Positions 9,845 through 19,455 of a DNA stretch of 64,000 bases are shown one piece after another. The stretch is taken from assembly GCA_963783305.1 (NCBI GenBank), contig CAWAMW010000015.1:128001-192000 (forward strand), given 5' to 3'. The DNA is from an uncultured Gemmatimonadales bacterium (lineage in GTDB: Bacteria > Gemmatimonadota > Gemmatimonadetes > Longimicrobiales > RSA9). The number at the start of each line of letters is the position of its first letter. The first letter of the stretch is position 1. The notes under the pieces were generated by a model. That model searched no databases and was not told the DNA's origin. It saw only the letters and a list, made by a program, of their open reading frames with translations. Position numbers and translations under genes: made by a program.

Positions 9845-10047
9845 GAGCGCAGCGAGCCCTCCGCGGCCGAAGGCGAACCCGCCGCGGCCGAAGGCCGCCC
9901 TCCGCGAGCCGAAGGCGAGCCCTCCGCGGCCGAAGGCCGCCCTCCGCGAGCCGAAGGCGAACCCTCCGCGGCCGAAGGCCGCCCTCCGCGAGCCGAAGGC
10001 GAGCCCTCCGCGGCCGAAGGCCGCCCCCCGCGGAGAGCGCCAGCGAG
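9845..10047. repeat. Tandem array with a 42-nt period (right arm, reverse complement of 9240-9397)
   Basis: Repeats of ccctccgcggccgaaggccg + ccctccgcgagccgaaggcgaR, about 4 periods; bracketed by gagcgc(c)agcgag motifs. Confidence 0.9.
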
Positions 10048-10069
10048 CCGCCCCCCCTATCTTCCCGCC

Positions 10070-11176
10070 ATGACCGCCACGTTCCGCTTCCTCAGAGAGT
10101 TCCTGCGCCCGCGGCCGCACGCGGTGGTGCGAGAGGAGACGTCGTACGAACGGGATGGACGGCGGCTCCCGGCCACGCTCTACCGTCCAGCATCCGGGCG
10201 TCCCGACCGGCCGCTCCCGGGGTGGATCACGCTCCACGGTCTCACCCGCAGGGGCCGCGAGCATCCGTCCCTTGACCGATTAGCCAGGGCGGTAGCGGCA
10301 TCGGGGGCGGTGGTGCTGGTACCGGATCTGCCGGAGTGGCGCGAGCTGCACATCGCGCCGGAGACGACGGTCGCGACGATCAAGGCGGCGGTGCTGGAGC
10401 TCGACGGGAGGCCCCTGACGGAGGCCGGCCGGATCGGCGTGATCGGCTTCTCGTTCGGTGCGACGCAGGCGCTGGTGGCGGCCACGGACCCGGCACTGCG
10501 CAGCCACCTTGCGGGAGTGGTGGCGTGGGGCGGCTACGCGGACATTTTCCAGGCCACCCGGTTCGCGTTCCTGGGGAGACACGAGCTGGACGGGACGGAA
10601 TACCACCTCGACCCGGACCCCTATGGCCGCTGGATCCTGGCGGGTAACTACCTGACGCTTCTCCCGGAGCACGCGGACGACCACGCGCTGGCGGAGGCGC
10701 TCCTCGGTCTGGCGCAGGACGTGGGCCGGTTGGAGATCATGTCGTGGAGCCCGGAAACGGACCCCATGAAGGTGGCCGCGCGCTCCGGCCTGACCCGCGT
10801 CCAGCAAGAAGTCTTCGACCTGGTGGCGCCTCCGGCGGATTCGTCGTACGGAGCGGAGGAGCGGCGTCGAGTGGAGGAGCTGGTGCGGCGAATGACGGAG
10901 CGGGCGGTGGACCGGGAGCCGCTGCTGGAGGCGCGGCCCTACCTGAGCGGGGTGCCCGTCCCGGTCTGTCTCGCCCATGGGCGAGAGGATCGGCTCATGC
11001 CGTGGACGGAGATGATCCGGCTCAGGCGCCAGCTGCCGGAGGACCGGGTGCGCTACAGCGCTGTCACCAGCCTCTTCTCCCACTCCTTCGGAGAGCGCCG
11101 GTTTCCCTCCCCTGCCGTCCTTCTGGAGATGGTGCGCTTCGTTCGCCTGATCAGCCGGATGCTCCGTCTGATCTGA
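10070..11176 (+). CDS. Alpha/beta hydrolase fold protein
   Basis: LHG, GFSFG nucleophile elbow, HGREDR; likely start is the ATG at 10070, after the repeat array. Confidence 0.8.
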   Translation: MTATFRFLREFLRPRPHAVVREETSYERDGRRLPATLYRPASGRPDRPLPGWITLHGLTRRGREHPSLDRLARAVAASGAVVLVPDLPEWRELHIAPETTVATIKAAVLELDGRPLTEAGRIGVIGFSFGATQALVAATDPALRSHLAGVVAWGGYADIFQATRFAFLGRHELDGTEYHLDPDPYGRWILAGNYLTLLPEHADDHALAEALLGLAQDVGRLEIMSWSPETDPMKVAARSGLTRVQQEVFDLVAPPADSSYGAEERRRVEELVRRMTERAVDREPLLEARPYLSGVPVPVCLAHGREDRLMPWTEMIRLRRQLPEDRVRYSAVTSLFSHSFGERRFPSPAVLLEMVRFVRLISRMLRLI

Positions 11177-12119
11177 TCGACCGCATCGTGGAGATCCCCT
11201 CTCGGATCCGCTCCAGCAGCCACTCCACGGCGGCGGGATCGCCCGGGGTGGGGTCCAGCGGCTTGCCCTGAACTTCGCGGATCGCCACGCGGGCCATATA
11301 CTGATGCCCTCCACCCATCCCCTCCTCCTCCGCGAGGGTTTTCGCCAGGTCGCCCGCCGAGAGCGTGGCGCCCGCGCGCCGCAGGTTGATGACCAGCTGG
11401 CCCTCCACCAGTCCAGCGGCCGCCGACCACGAGACCCCCTCGATCCCGAGACAGAAGTCCGCCAGGCTGGGCAGCACGTTGGCGGCGCGGGGATCGAGCG
11501 GGCCCGCCCATGCCACGGCCACCTCTCCGTCGATGCCGAGCCCTGCCAGGCCGCTGCCCAGAGCCCGGACGGCGGCCTGGGAGAAGGCCGGACGCCCGAT
11601 CTTTCTAAGCAGCTCGTGGTCCGCGATCCCCTGGAGAAAGGCGTACGCCTCGACATCGGCGGCCGTGGTCCCCCGACGCAGCACCTCGGTATCCGTGCGA
11701 ATGCCGTACACGAGGGCGGTGGCGAGGCGCGGTGTAATGCCGCGCTCGTCGTTCACACACAGGTACTCGGTCACCATGGTCGCGGCCGCGCCCATCTGCG
11801 GGCGAATATCCACGAAATCGGCGGAGTATCCGCGCCGAACCGGGTGATGGTCGATGACGGCATAGCGGGTCTGCGACTCGACGGGTGCGGGCTGTGTGTC
11901 TACGGCGATCACCCGCTTGAAGTGGTGGAGCTCCGACTCACTCACTCGCACCACGCGCAGGTCCAGCAGCTCCGCCAGCCGCCGGTTCTCGGGCCGCGTC
12001 ACCTCGCCCAGGCTGATCACCGGCGCGTCCTCTTCCTCACGGTGCAGGACCGTCCTGAGCCCGAGCGCGCTCGCCATCCCGTCGGGATCCGGGTCCTGCT
12101 GGACCAGGATCGGTACCAC
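11151..12119 (-). CDS. DHH family phosphoesterase (second copy); start may lie upstream (CTG at 12197)
   Basis: DPDPDG, VDT, IDHH, DT and GGGH motifs. Confidence 0.8.
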   Translation of the reverse strand: MVPILVQQDPDPDGMASALGLRTVLHREEEDAPVISLGEVTRPENRRLAELLDLRVVRVSESELHHFKRVIAVDTQPAPVESQTRYAVIDHHPVRRGYSADFVDIRPQMGAAATMVTEYLCVNDERGITPRLATALVYGIRTDTEVLRRGTTAADVEAYAFLQGIADHELLRKIGRPAFSQAAVRALGSGLAGLGIDGEVAVAWAGPLDPRAANVLPSLADFCLGIEGVSWSAAAGLVEGQLVINLRRAGATLSAGDLAKTLAEEEGMGGGHQYMARVAIREVQGKPLDPTPGDPAAVEWLLERIREGISTMRSIRSDGASG

Positions 12120-12187
12120 ATCGGTTCCCTGGGCGAACGCCCTGAGGTCGTGAACGCGTCTGGCCGCCTCCGCGGCCCTGGTGTCCG

Positions 12188-13129
12188 TTATTGACAGTTT
12201 GGTAACCCGCTCCCGTCATCCATGGTCAAGAGGTGCCGGCGCCGCACGACGAGTGAACCGAAGACACCGGTCCCGTCGCCGCTGACGCTGGGCACCCGAA
12301 CCTGCCCGGATGGATTGAAGTTCCCGCCCCGCGCCCAGTTCACATAGTTCTGGTCGCCGGCCGCCACGATGATCTCCGCTCGCGCGCCGTTCGGCAATCC
12401 GTCCTGTAACGCGAGGAGCAAGTCCCGCTCCACCGTAAACCGGTCGAAGACGCCGAACTCGCCGGGGAATACGATCGTCGTGTCGGCTCCGCCGACGGAG
12501 AGGCCCACCAGCTCCAGCTCGTTCGGGGGTTCGGGGATCCCGAGCTCCGCCAGCCCCTTTGCCAGGTTCTGGAAGTTCGCGACCGTCTGGTACGCGCGGG
12601 CGCCCTCCGACTGCGACCACACCAGCCGGAAGGAGCGGGCGGGCTCGACGAGGCACGCCGCCGAGCCGGGCAGTATGACCTCGAACTCGCCAGGCACCGT
12701 CGTGCGGCCGGTGAGGCGCCGGCCGTCGCTGAGCGTCACGTCCAGCCGATAGGTCATGCCGGGGCGTACGAAGTCGGGAACCGGCAGAGACGTGTAGCAG
12801 CTCCCGCCCTGCCCCTCCGGGTACTGCGTGTAGTACGCGCACTGCTGGCGCACGGTGGGGTTGAAGCCGGGGAAGAAGACCAGCTCCACTCCGGCTTCGT
12901 TCCGCACGCGAACCTCGGCGCCGGTCACCCGGATCGTGCTGTCCGACCCCGGCGTGGTCCGGTAGAGGAACACCTCCTGCCGCGCGAGCTCCGGCCGCAG
13001 GTACACCTCAGCCACCACGATGTCCGCCGGGACCGCCACCTCCACCGTCGCGATCTCACACCCGGACAGCCACGCCGCCGCCAGCAGCAGCGCCGCGCTC
13101 GCTGCGAATCCCCTCGTGATCCAGCTCAA
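12188..13129 (-). CDS. DUF4249-like outer-membrane lipoprotein partner of a TonB-dependent receptor
   Basis: Lipobox LSGC, PGMTYRLDV and SVSGDGTGVFGS motifs; GTGA overlap with the receptor gene. Confidence 0.7.
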   Translation of the reverse strand: MSWITRGFAASAALLLAAAWLSGCEIATVEVAVPADIVVAEVYLRPELARQEVFLYRTTPGSDSTIRVTGAEVRVRNEAGVELVFFPGFNPTVRQQCAYYTQYPEGQGGSCYTSLPVPDFVRPGMTYRLDVTLSDGRRLTGRTTVPGEFEVILPGSAACLVEPARSFRLVWSQSEGARAYQTVANFQNLAKGLAELGIPEPPNELELVGLSVGGADTTIVFPGEFGVFDRFTVERDLLLALQDGLPNGARAEIIVAAGDQNYVNWARGGNFNPSGQVRVPSVSGDGTGVFGSLVVRRRHLLTMDDGSGLPNCQ

Positions 13130-15465
13130 AACCGCACCTCCGCACCCAGCGTCGGCAGGAAGGGGAGCATGGAAATGCCGCTCCGCGTGGGCGGGCTCGC
13201 CTCGTAGTCGAAGAAGTAGAAGAGCACGTTGTCGCGCCGGTTGTAGACGTTCAGGAGGTCAAGGAAGGGTCGGACCGTTCCCCACGAGGTGCGGTAGTCC
13301 TTTCGAAAGCTCACATCGAGGCGATGGTAGGCGGGATATCGCTCGGCGTTGCGATCCCCCAGGATGACGGCCGACTGCTGGTCGTCGTCCTCCCCCGTCT
13401 GGGGCACCAGCAGACCGTCATCGATCCGGTAGCTGTAGAACGTGTGGGACCCCACCGGACGCGTATAGGGCAGGCCACTCCCGAGATTGAACCTCAGGCC
13501 CCCGTCGATCCCGGCGGGTACCGGGAATCGGAGCACCAGGTCCACGTCCCAGCGGCGGTCGAAGATCGGCGGATACGTGACCGGACGGGGCTCCACCGCG
13601 ATGGGGTCCGGGAAAGTGCGCTCGGCCCGGAGGTAGGACACCGCGATCCAGCCATCGACCCGATGGTCGCGGCTCATCCCACGCCGCACCAGAACGTCCA
13701 CGCCCCACGAGCGGCCCGTGCCGCGAAGGACGTCATCCGACGGGTCGTTCGGGTCATCGGCGCCGTTGGTGGCCACGACGCCATCGAACGTTCGATAGTA
13801 GGCCTCGACACGGCCACTCCACTCCCCCACCAGCTGCTCCCACCCGAGCTGGACCTGGTCCGAGACCACCACCGGCACGTTCCGGCCCGCCGTAATCCAC
13901 AGGTCGATTCCGATGGGTACTTCCTCATCGCGCAGGGAGTGCAGCACCTGCGTGTAGCGACCGGCCGCCAGCTTGATCGCGGCATCGCCGTCGCGGACGA
14001 ATCGCTTCACCGCCAGTCGCGGCGCCGGCTCCACCAATGCGTCGGCCGACGACGCGTCCCACACATCGACGCGGGCGCCTACCTCGACCCGCCACGCATC
14101 ATTCTGCCACGCCACCTGCCCATACGACGCCCCCAGCCACCCTTCGTCGCCACTCCCGCCGAACTCGGTGCCGCCGCTCTCGAACTGGTTCTCGTATTCG
14201 ATCCGCGCCACCTCCCCGCCAAGCCCGAGGGTCGTGCGGCCCAGCGGCACCCCGAGGTCCACCCGCCCGCGACTCTCCGAGATCCGGCTCCCGATCCGGG
14301 TGTCCTCGAAGTCGGGAAACAGGATGTCCGTCTGGAAGCTCGAGGACGAGACGCGGCTCTCGAGATCCAGCCCCCGCACCGTGCCCGCCCATCCCAGCCC
14401 CCCCACGCGGTTGCCCCACTCCAGCCGGAGCGGCAACGGAACGGCGTCCGACTCCCGCAGGTCCAGGAGGTCGGTGCCGCTGTACCCACTGACCGTCCAC
14501 ACCCCGTTCTCCGTCCACGCCTGCGCGACGCCCTGGAAGTCGGTGAGGTGGTACGGGAACTCCACCACCGGTTGGAGGAGCACGTCCAGGTACGAGCGCC
14601 GGACGGAGACGCGGGCGTTCAGGGCCTGAAGTCCGAGCGACCGCGCCGTCTCCCTCGGCAGCCCGGTGGAGATGGCGGCGCGTGACGCGATCAGCGAAAT
14701 GCCGGCATCCACGCCGAACGAGCCATCCCCGGCGTCGCTGCGGACGTTCAGCACCGACGAAACGCGACCGCCGTACCGCGCCGGGAACCCGCCCGCGAGC
14801 AGCTCGGTGCGGTCCACCATGTCTGCGTTGAACACGCCGAACACGCCGCCCAGATGAAAGGGGTTGTAGATGGGCACGCCATCCAGCAGAATCAGGTTCT
14901 GGTCCGCCGCGCCCCCCCGCACGTTGAACGAGGCCGAGAAGTCGGAGGTCGAAATGACACCCGGCAGCACTTCCACGGCCCGGAGGACATCGGCCTCTGC
15001 GAGACCCGGTAGCTGCTGGATCTCCGAGCGCGCGAGCTCCACACGGGTCGTGCCCACCTCCTGTTCGAACGCCGTCCGCTCACGCCGGCCTTCCACTCGG
15101 ATGGACCCCAGACTCACGGGGCTCGCCATCAGCATCAGCGTGACCTGCTGCACCGCCCCCGGCTCCACGTCAACGCGCACCGGCTCCCCCTCGTACCCGA
15201 ACGCCACCGCCTCGACCCGGTAGCCGCCCGCGGGAACCCGCGTGAACAGGAACTGCCCGTCAACGCTCGTGACCGTGCGCCCCACCAGCGCCGTGTCCCG
15301 CCGCAGAAGGACGTCGACGCGGGCCAGCGGGCCGACCGCCGACCGGACCTCCCCCGCCACACCCCCCGCCTGCGCACGGGCCTCGCCCGCCGCCCAGGGC
15401 CCCGCCAGCACCAGGAGCGCGGCCACCCACAGCGACACACTCCATCCGCCCGTTATCGACGCCAC
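13126..15465 (-). CDS. TonB-dependent receptor with N-terminal carboxypeptidase-regulatory-like domain (start approximate)
   Basis: Plug motifs LPGV, NVRGG..DQNLILLDG, GGFPARYGGR.SSV; barrel with NVYN and a terminal Phe. Confidence 0.85.
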   Translation of the reverse strand: MASITGGWSVSLWVAALLVLAGPWAAGEARAQAGGVAGEVRSAVGPLARVDVLLRRDTALVGRTVTSVDGQFLFTRVPAGGYRVEAVAFGYEGEPVRVDVEPGAVQQVTLMLMASPVSLGSIRVEGRRERTAFEQEVGTTRVELARSEIQQLPGLAEADVLRAVEVLPGVISTSDFSASFNVRGGAADQNLILLDGVPIYNPFHLGGVFGVFNADMVDRTELLAGGFPARYGGRVSSVLNVRSDAGDGSFGVDAGISLIASRAAISTGLPRETARSLGLQALNARVSVRRSYLDVLLQPVVEFPYHLTDFQGVAQAWTENGVWTVSGYSGTDLLDLRESDAVPLPLRLEWGNRVGGLGWAGTVRGLDLESRVSSSSFQTDILFPDFEDTRIGSRISESRGRVDLGVPLGRTTLGLGGEVARIEYENQFESGGTEFGGSGDEGWLGASYGQVAWQNDAWRVEVGARVDVWDASSADALVEPAPRLAVKRFVRDGDAAIKLAAGRYTQVLHSLRDEEVPIGIDLWITAGRNVPVVVSDQVQLGWEQLVGEWSGRVEAYYRTFDGVVATNGADDPNDPSDDVLRGTGRSWGVDVLVRRGMSRDHRVDGWIAVSYLRAERTFPDPIAVEPRPVTYPPIFDRRWDVDLVLRFPVPAGIDGGLRFNLGSGLPYTRPVGSHTFYSYRIDDGLLVPQTGEDDDQQSAVILGDRNAERYPAYHRLDVSFRKDYRTSWGTVRPFLDLLNVYNRRDNVLFYFFDYEASPPTRSGISMLPFLPTLGAEVRF

Positions 15466-15515
15466 TCTCCCTCTTGCGATCCCCGTATCTCCCTTCCACC
15501 CCGGGCTCCACGCTG

Positions 15516-15626
15516 TCCATCTCCAAGCACGCTCCTCGGCTCCACTCGCGTGGCCCGCGCCGCTGGAAGATAGCCCGAGACCGCGGCCACGACGAGGACG
15601 GTGACCGTGACCGCACCGGGGACCCA
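15516..15626 (-). pseudogene. Orphan C-terminal fragment of a MacB/FtsX-type (ADOP-like) ABC permease
   Basis: VLVVAAVSGYLPAARATRVEPRSVL matches the family end motif A.YLPARRA.RVDP..AL; no upstream gene body. Confidence 0.6.
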
Positions 15627-15706
15627 GCCGTGAAGGGATCTCGACCGGAACGGCCGGTTTCCGTATCTTTCGAGCGATCGATGCCCCTGCACCGCGGATC
15701 GTTATC

Positions 15707-17395
15707 ATGAAGTCCCTGCTCCGCCGGATCCTCACGGGAGGATCTGGCGCTACGCCGGCCGCGAAGGCCGGGTCGTCGGACATGACGGTTCTCCACGATG
15801 AGCGGTTCCGTCGCATTGTGGAGATCGCGGCGGACGCCATCATCTCCACGGATGAGACCGGCCGGATCGTCCTGTTCAATCGCGGCGCCGAGGAGATCTT
15901 CGGCTATCAACGCTCGGAGGTGCTCGGGGAGGAGCTGATCATGCTGCTCCCCGAGCGGTTCCGCCCCTACCACACGGCCCACATCCAGCGCTTCGCCGAC
16001 AGCAGCATCGACGCGCGCCGGATGGGGGAGAGGCGTGAGATTGCGGGGCTCCGCAAAGACGGCCGGGAGTTCCCCGCCGAGGCCTCGATCTCCCACATGG
16101 ATACCGCCACGGGCATGCTCTTCAACGTGGTGCTCCGCGATATCACGGACCGGAAGAAGGTAGAGGAGACGCAGCGGTTCCTTGCCGATGCCAGCGCGGT
16201 GCTCGCCCGCTCTCTCGACTACGAGACCACTCTGCTGGGTCTCGCGCGCCTCGCGCTCCCCCATCTCGGCGACTGGTGCGTGATCGACCTTCTCCAGGAG
16301 GACGGCACGCTCCGGCGCATCCAGGCCGCCCACCGCGACCCGGAGCTGGACGAGCTCGTCCAGGGGCTCTGTGCCTACCCGCCGGAGCCCGCCCGGCCAC
16401 ACCCATCCCTCACCGTACTCGAGACGGGACAGCCCGAACTCATCGAGTCCGTTTCCGACGCGTTCATTGAGGCTATCGCGGCCGATGACGAGCACCTCCG
16501 CATCCTACGCACCGCCGGACTGACCTCGCTCCTGGTCGTTCCGCTGGTTGCCCGCAGGCGCACCCTCGGGGCGTTCGCGCTCGCCTCCAGCGACCCGGCC
16601 CGCCCGTACACCGCCGACGACCGTATGCTCGCCGACGAGCTCGGCCGCCGCGCCGCCCTCGCCGTCGACAACTCGCGCCTCTACCGGCAGGCCCGGGACG
16701 CCATCGCGGCCCGCGACGAGGTGCTGAGCGTGGTCTCTCACGACCTCGGCAATCCACTCAGCGCCATCCGCGTTTCCGCCCGGGTTCTCGATCGTCTCCT
16801 CCAGGACGGGCGGCCCGCTGAGGCGGCGCAGCAGCTGGAAGGGGTTCGCACGGCCGTGACCCAAATGGAGCGGCTGATCCGCGACCTCCTGGAAGTGCGG
16901 CGCATCGAGGCCGGCCGACTCAAGCTCGTGCGACGTCCGGAATCCGTCTCGAGCCTGGTAGAGGAAGCGGGCCGGAGCCTCCGGTCGGTGGCCGAGGAGC
17001 AGGGGGTGCGGATCGAATGCGACGTGGACCCGGGCGTACCCGCGACCATACGGGTCGACGCCGATCGAGTTCGGCAGATCTTCTCCAACCTCATCGGCAA
17101 TGCGCTCCGGTTCACCCCCGCGGAGGGCTGCATCACGGTGGGTGCGGCGCCCGCTCCGGGCGGGGTGGAGTTCTGGGTGCAGGACACGGGTCCCGGGATG
17201 GCCGCCGGCGACCTCGAGCACGTCTTCGACCGCTTCTGGCAGGCGCGCCAGCAGGGCAGCCACGGCATCGGACTCGGCCTCTCCATCGCCAAGGGCATGA
17301 CCGAAGCCCATGGCGGAGAGGTCAGGGTGGAGAGCGAGGAAGGGCGCGGCTCCCGCTTCTGCTTCTTCCTGCCGCTGGACGGCAGGCAGGATTAG
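15707..17395 (+). CDS. PAS-GAF sensor histidine kinase with a FixL-like PAS domain
   Basis: PAS LLPERFRPYH...GLRKDG.EFP; GAF; SHDL H-box; N, G1, F and G2 boxes. Confidence 0.9.
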   Translation: MKSLLRRILTGGSGATPAAKAGSSDMTVLHDERFRRIVEIAADAIISTDETGRIVLFNRGAEEIFGYQRSEVLGEELIMLLPERFRPYHTAHIQRFADSSIDARRMGERREIAGLRKDGREFPAEASISHMDTATGMLFNVVLRDITDRKKVEETQRFLADASAVLARSLDYETTLLGLARLALPHLGDWCVIDLLQEDGTLRRIQAAHRDPELDELVQGLCAYPPEPARPHPSLTVLETGQPELIESVSDAFIEAIAADDEHLRILRTAGLTSLLVVPLVARRRTLGAFALASSDPARPYTADDRMLADELGRRAALAVDNSRLYRQARDAIAARDEVLSVVSHDLGNPLSAIRVSARVLDRLLQDGRPAEAAQQLEGVRTAVTQMERLIRDLLEVRRIEAGRLKLVRRPESVSSLVEEAGRSLRSVAEEQGVRIECDVDPGVPATIRVDADRVRQIFSNLIGNALRFTPAEGCITVGAAPAPGGVEFWVQDTGPGMAAGDLEHVFDRFWQARQQGSHGIGLGLSIAKGMTEAHGGEVRVESEEGRGSRFCFFLPLDGRQD

Positions 17396-17555
17396 GGCCG
17401 CCTCGCGCCCGGAGATCTGCGCCATCGCGCACTCTCCGCGCGTGAGAAGGTGGTCAAGCCGACCGCCTCACGCTACACTATGGGCGCGGCGCATCGAGAG
17501 CAGTGGTCTCGGGTAGCCGCTCATGACGACGTTATCGTAGACTCGCAACCGGGCG

Positions 17556-18218
17556 ATGATGCCGAAGACCATCAAGATCCTACTTGCCGATGATCACGGA
17601 GTCCTGCGTGCGGGGCTGCGGGCACTCCTCGATGCCGAGCCCGACCTGGAAGTGGTGGGCGAGGCGGACACGGGGGAGGACGCCATCAAGCAGGTGAAGG
17701 AACTCAAGCCCGATATCGTGGTGATGGACCTGTCGATGCCAGGCATGGGCGGGATGGAGGCCACGCGTCGCATCGCCGCCATGGACGATGGCACGAAGGT
17801 CCTCGTTCTCACCATGCACGCGGAAGAGGAGTTCCTGCTCCCGGTCCTGGACGCCGGCGGTAACGGCTTCGTCCGGAAGACGAGCGCAGACGAGGACCTC
17901 ACGCACGCGATCCGGACCGTGGCGCGCGACGAGGTCTTCCTCTATCCGAGCGCCGCCAAGCTCCTGCTGGAGCGCTACAAGGATGCCGACGCCGACGAGA
18001 TGCGTGGCCCCCTGAGCAAGCTCACCGAGCGGGAGCGCGATGTGCTCGCCATGACGGCGGAGGGCTTCAGCTCCAGCGAGATCGGCGAAAAGCTGTTCAT
18101 CAGCCCCAAGACCGTGGACACGTACCGGAGTCGCATCATGGACAAGCTCCAGCTCAGGCACCGCTCGGAGCTGGTCCGGTTCGCGCTCCAGACGGGACTG
18201 CTCAGGGCCGAGCAGTAG
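17556..18218 (+). CDS. NarL/LuxR family response regulator
   Basis: REC domain (ADDH, MDLSMP) plus LuxR HTH LTERE...ISPKTV.TYR. Confidence 0.92.
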   Translation: MMPKTIKILLADDHGVLRAGLRALLDAEPDLEVVGEADTGEDAIKQVKELKPDIVVMDLSMPGMGGMEATRRIAAMDDGTKVLVLTMHAEEEFLLPVLDAGGNGFVRKTSADEDLTHAIRTVARDEVFLYPSAAKLLLERYKDADADEMRGPLSKLTERERDVLAMTAEGFSSSEIGEKLFISPKTVDTYRSRIMDKLQLRHRSELVRFALQTGLLRAEQ

Positions 18219-18237
18219 CGCGCTTCGGCGGTCCGCC

Positions 18238-19356
18238 TCAGGTCCGCCGAAAGACCTTGTCCAGGATCGGAGATCCGGGACCGCGCGCCGGCACCGCGGC
18301 CCGGACCACGGTGCCGCGTCCCGGCTCACTGGTCACCTCTACGCGCCCGCCCACGTACTCCGCCCGTTCCCGCATACCGAACAGGCCGAGGCCGTGCTCC
18401 CCGTCCTCGGCCTCCAGCAGCCGGCTCACGTCGAAGCCCACCCCGTCATCTCGAACGGTGGCCACCACGACTCCTTCGCACAGCTCCACCTCCACGGCAA
18501 TGCTGCGCGCCCGGCTGTGGCGCATGGCGTTCGTGATCCCCTCCTGAACGATCCGGTACATTGCGAGCTCCACCTCCGGCGCGTCCAGCCGGCCCACCCC
18601 CTCCACCTGCACGGACACCGGCATGGTGGAGGACTCCGATACGTGCCGGACGTGCGACTCGATGGCCGGGCCCAGCCCCAGCTCATCGAGCGCGGGCGGC
18701 CGCAGCCCCTGCGCGTAGCGGCGCAGGCCATCCGCCGCCTCCGCCAGCTCGCGCCGAACCTCCTCCAGCACCGCGTCCTTGGCCTCCGCATCCGTGAGGC
18801 TGCGGGCCAGCCGCAGTCGCATCAGGATCGCCGCAAGTCGCTGCGACGCATCATCGTGCAGCTCCAGCGAGATTCGGCGACGCTCCTCCTCGGCCGCGTT
18901 CAGCGCCCGCGCCGCCACTTCCCGGAGCCGCCGCCGATACTCCAGCAGGCGGTCCAGCATCGCGTTGGTGGCGGCTGTAAGACCCTGCATCTCGTTATCC
19001 GCCAGCGGCGACATGGGCACCCGGGCGTCCATGTTCCCTTCCTGCACCTCGTCCGCCGTCCGCTTCAGCAGACGCAGCGGCTCCAGCGCCACCTGGATGA
19101 TCACTGCGTTCACCGCCACACTCACCGCCGCACCGGCCACCGCCACCACGAGGATCGGGAACACCGGCGCCGTCGTCCCCGAGAGCCGCACGGCCAGCCA
19201 CGTGGCCGTCAGGGAGAAGAGCAGCACGATGAGCGCGTTGGCCACCAGGATCTTGTAGAAGAGCGGCACGGCAAGCAGATGCGCGGCGAGCCCCGATGGG
19301 GCCGCGACGTCAGAAGGGTCAGAGCCCGTCCCGGCGTTTGGATTCGGCGCGTTCAT
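18238..19356 (-). CDS. HAMP + HisKA_3 (NarX-type) membrane sensor kinase
   Basis: Two TM helices, HAMP, EERRRISLELHD, LRPPALDELGL, QEGITN, DDGVGF, GLFGMRER. Confidence 0.9.
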   Translation of the reverse strand: MNAPNPNAGTGSDPSDVAAPSGLAAHLLAVPLFYKILVANALIVLLFSLTATWLAVRLSGTTAPVFPILVVAVAGAAVSVAVNAVIIQVALEPLRLLKRTADEVQEGNMDARVPMSPLADNEMQGLTAATNAMLDRLLEYRRRLREVAARALNAAEEERRRISLELHDDASQRLAAILMRLRLARSLTDAEAKDAVLEEVRRELAEAADGLRRYAQGLRPPALDELGLGPAIESHVRHVSESSTMPVSVQVEGVGRLDAPEVELAMYRIVQEGITNAMRHSRARSIAVEVELCEGVVVATVRDDGVGFDVSRLLEAEDGEHGLGLFGMRERAEYVGGRVEVTSEPGRGTVVRAAVPARGPGSPILDKVFRRT

Positions 19357-19455
19357 GGCTACAAGCTACCACGAGGTGAGGAATGGAGCAGTCAGGATGC
19401 TGCCGACCGGCGCCGTGGGGTGATGCCCCGCAGGGGACCCCCATCGGGAGAGGCC

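Noticed and set aside
9240..10047. Repeat arrays as a CRISPR array or DGR
   Set aside because: The units are contiguous with no unique spacers, and the window has no cas genes, reverse transcriptase or TR/VR pair.
9569..10069. N-terminal extension with PSAAEGRPPRAEGE repeats on the hydrolase ORF
   Set aside because: An artefact of the stop-free 42-nt repeat. It overlaps the antisense four-helix gene, and the ATG at 10070 is the plausible start.
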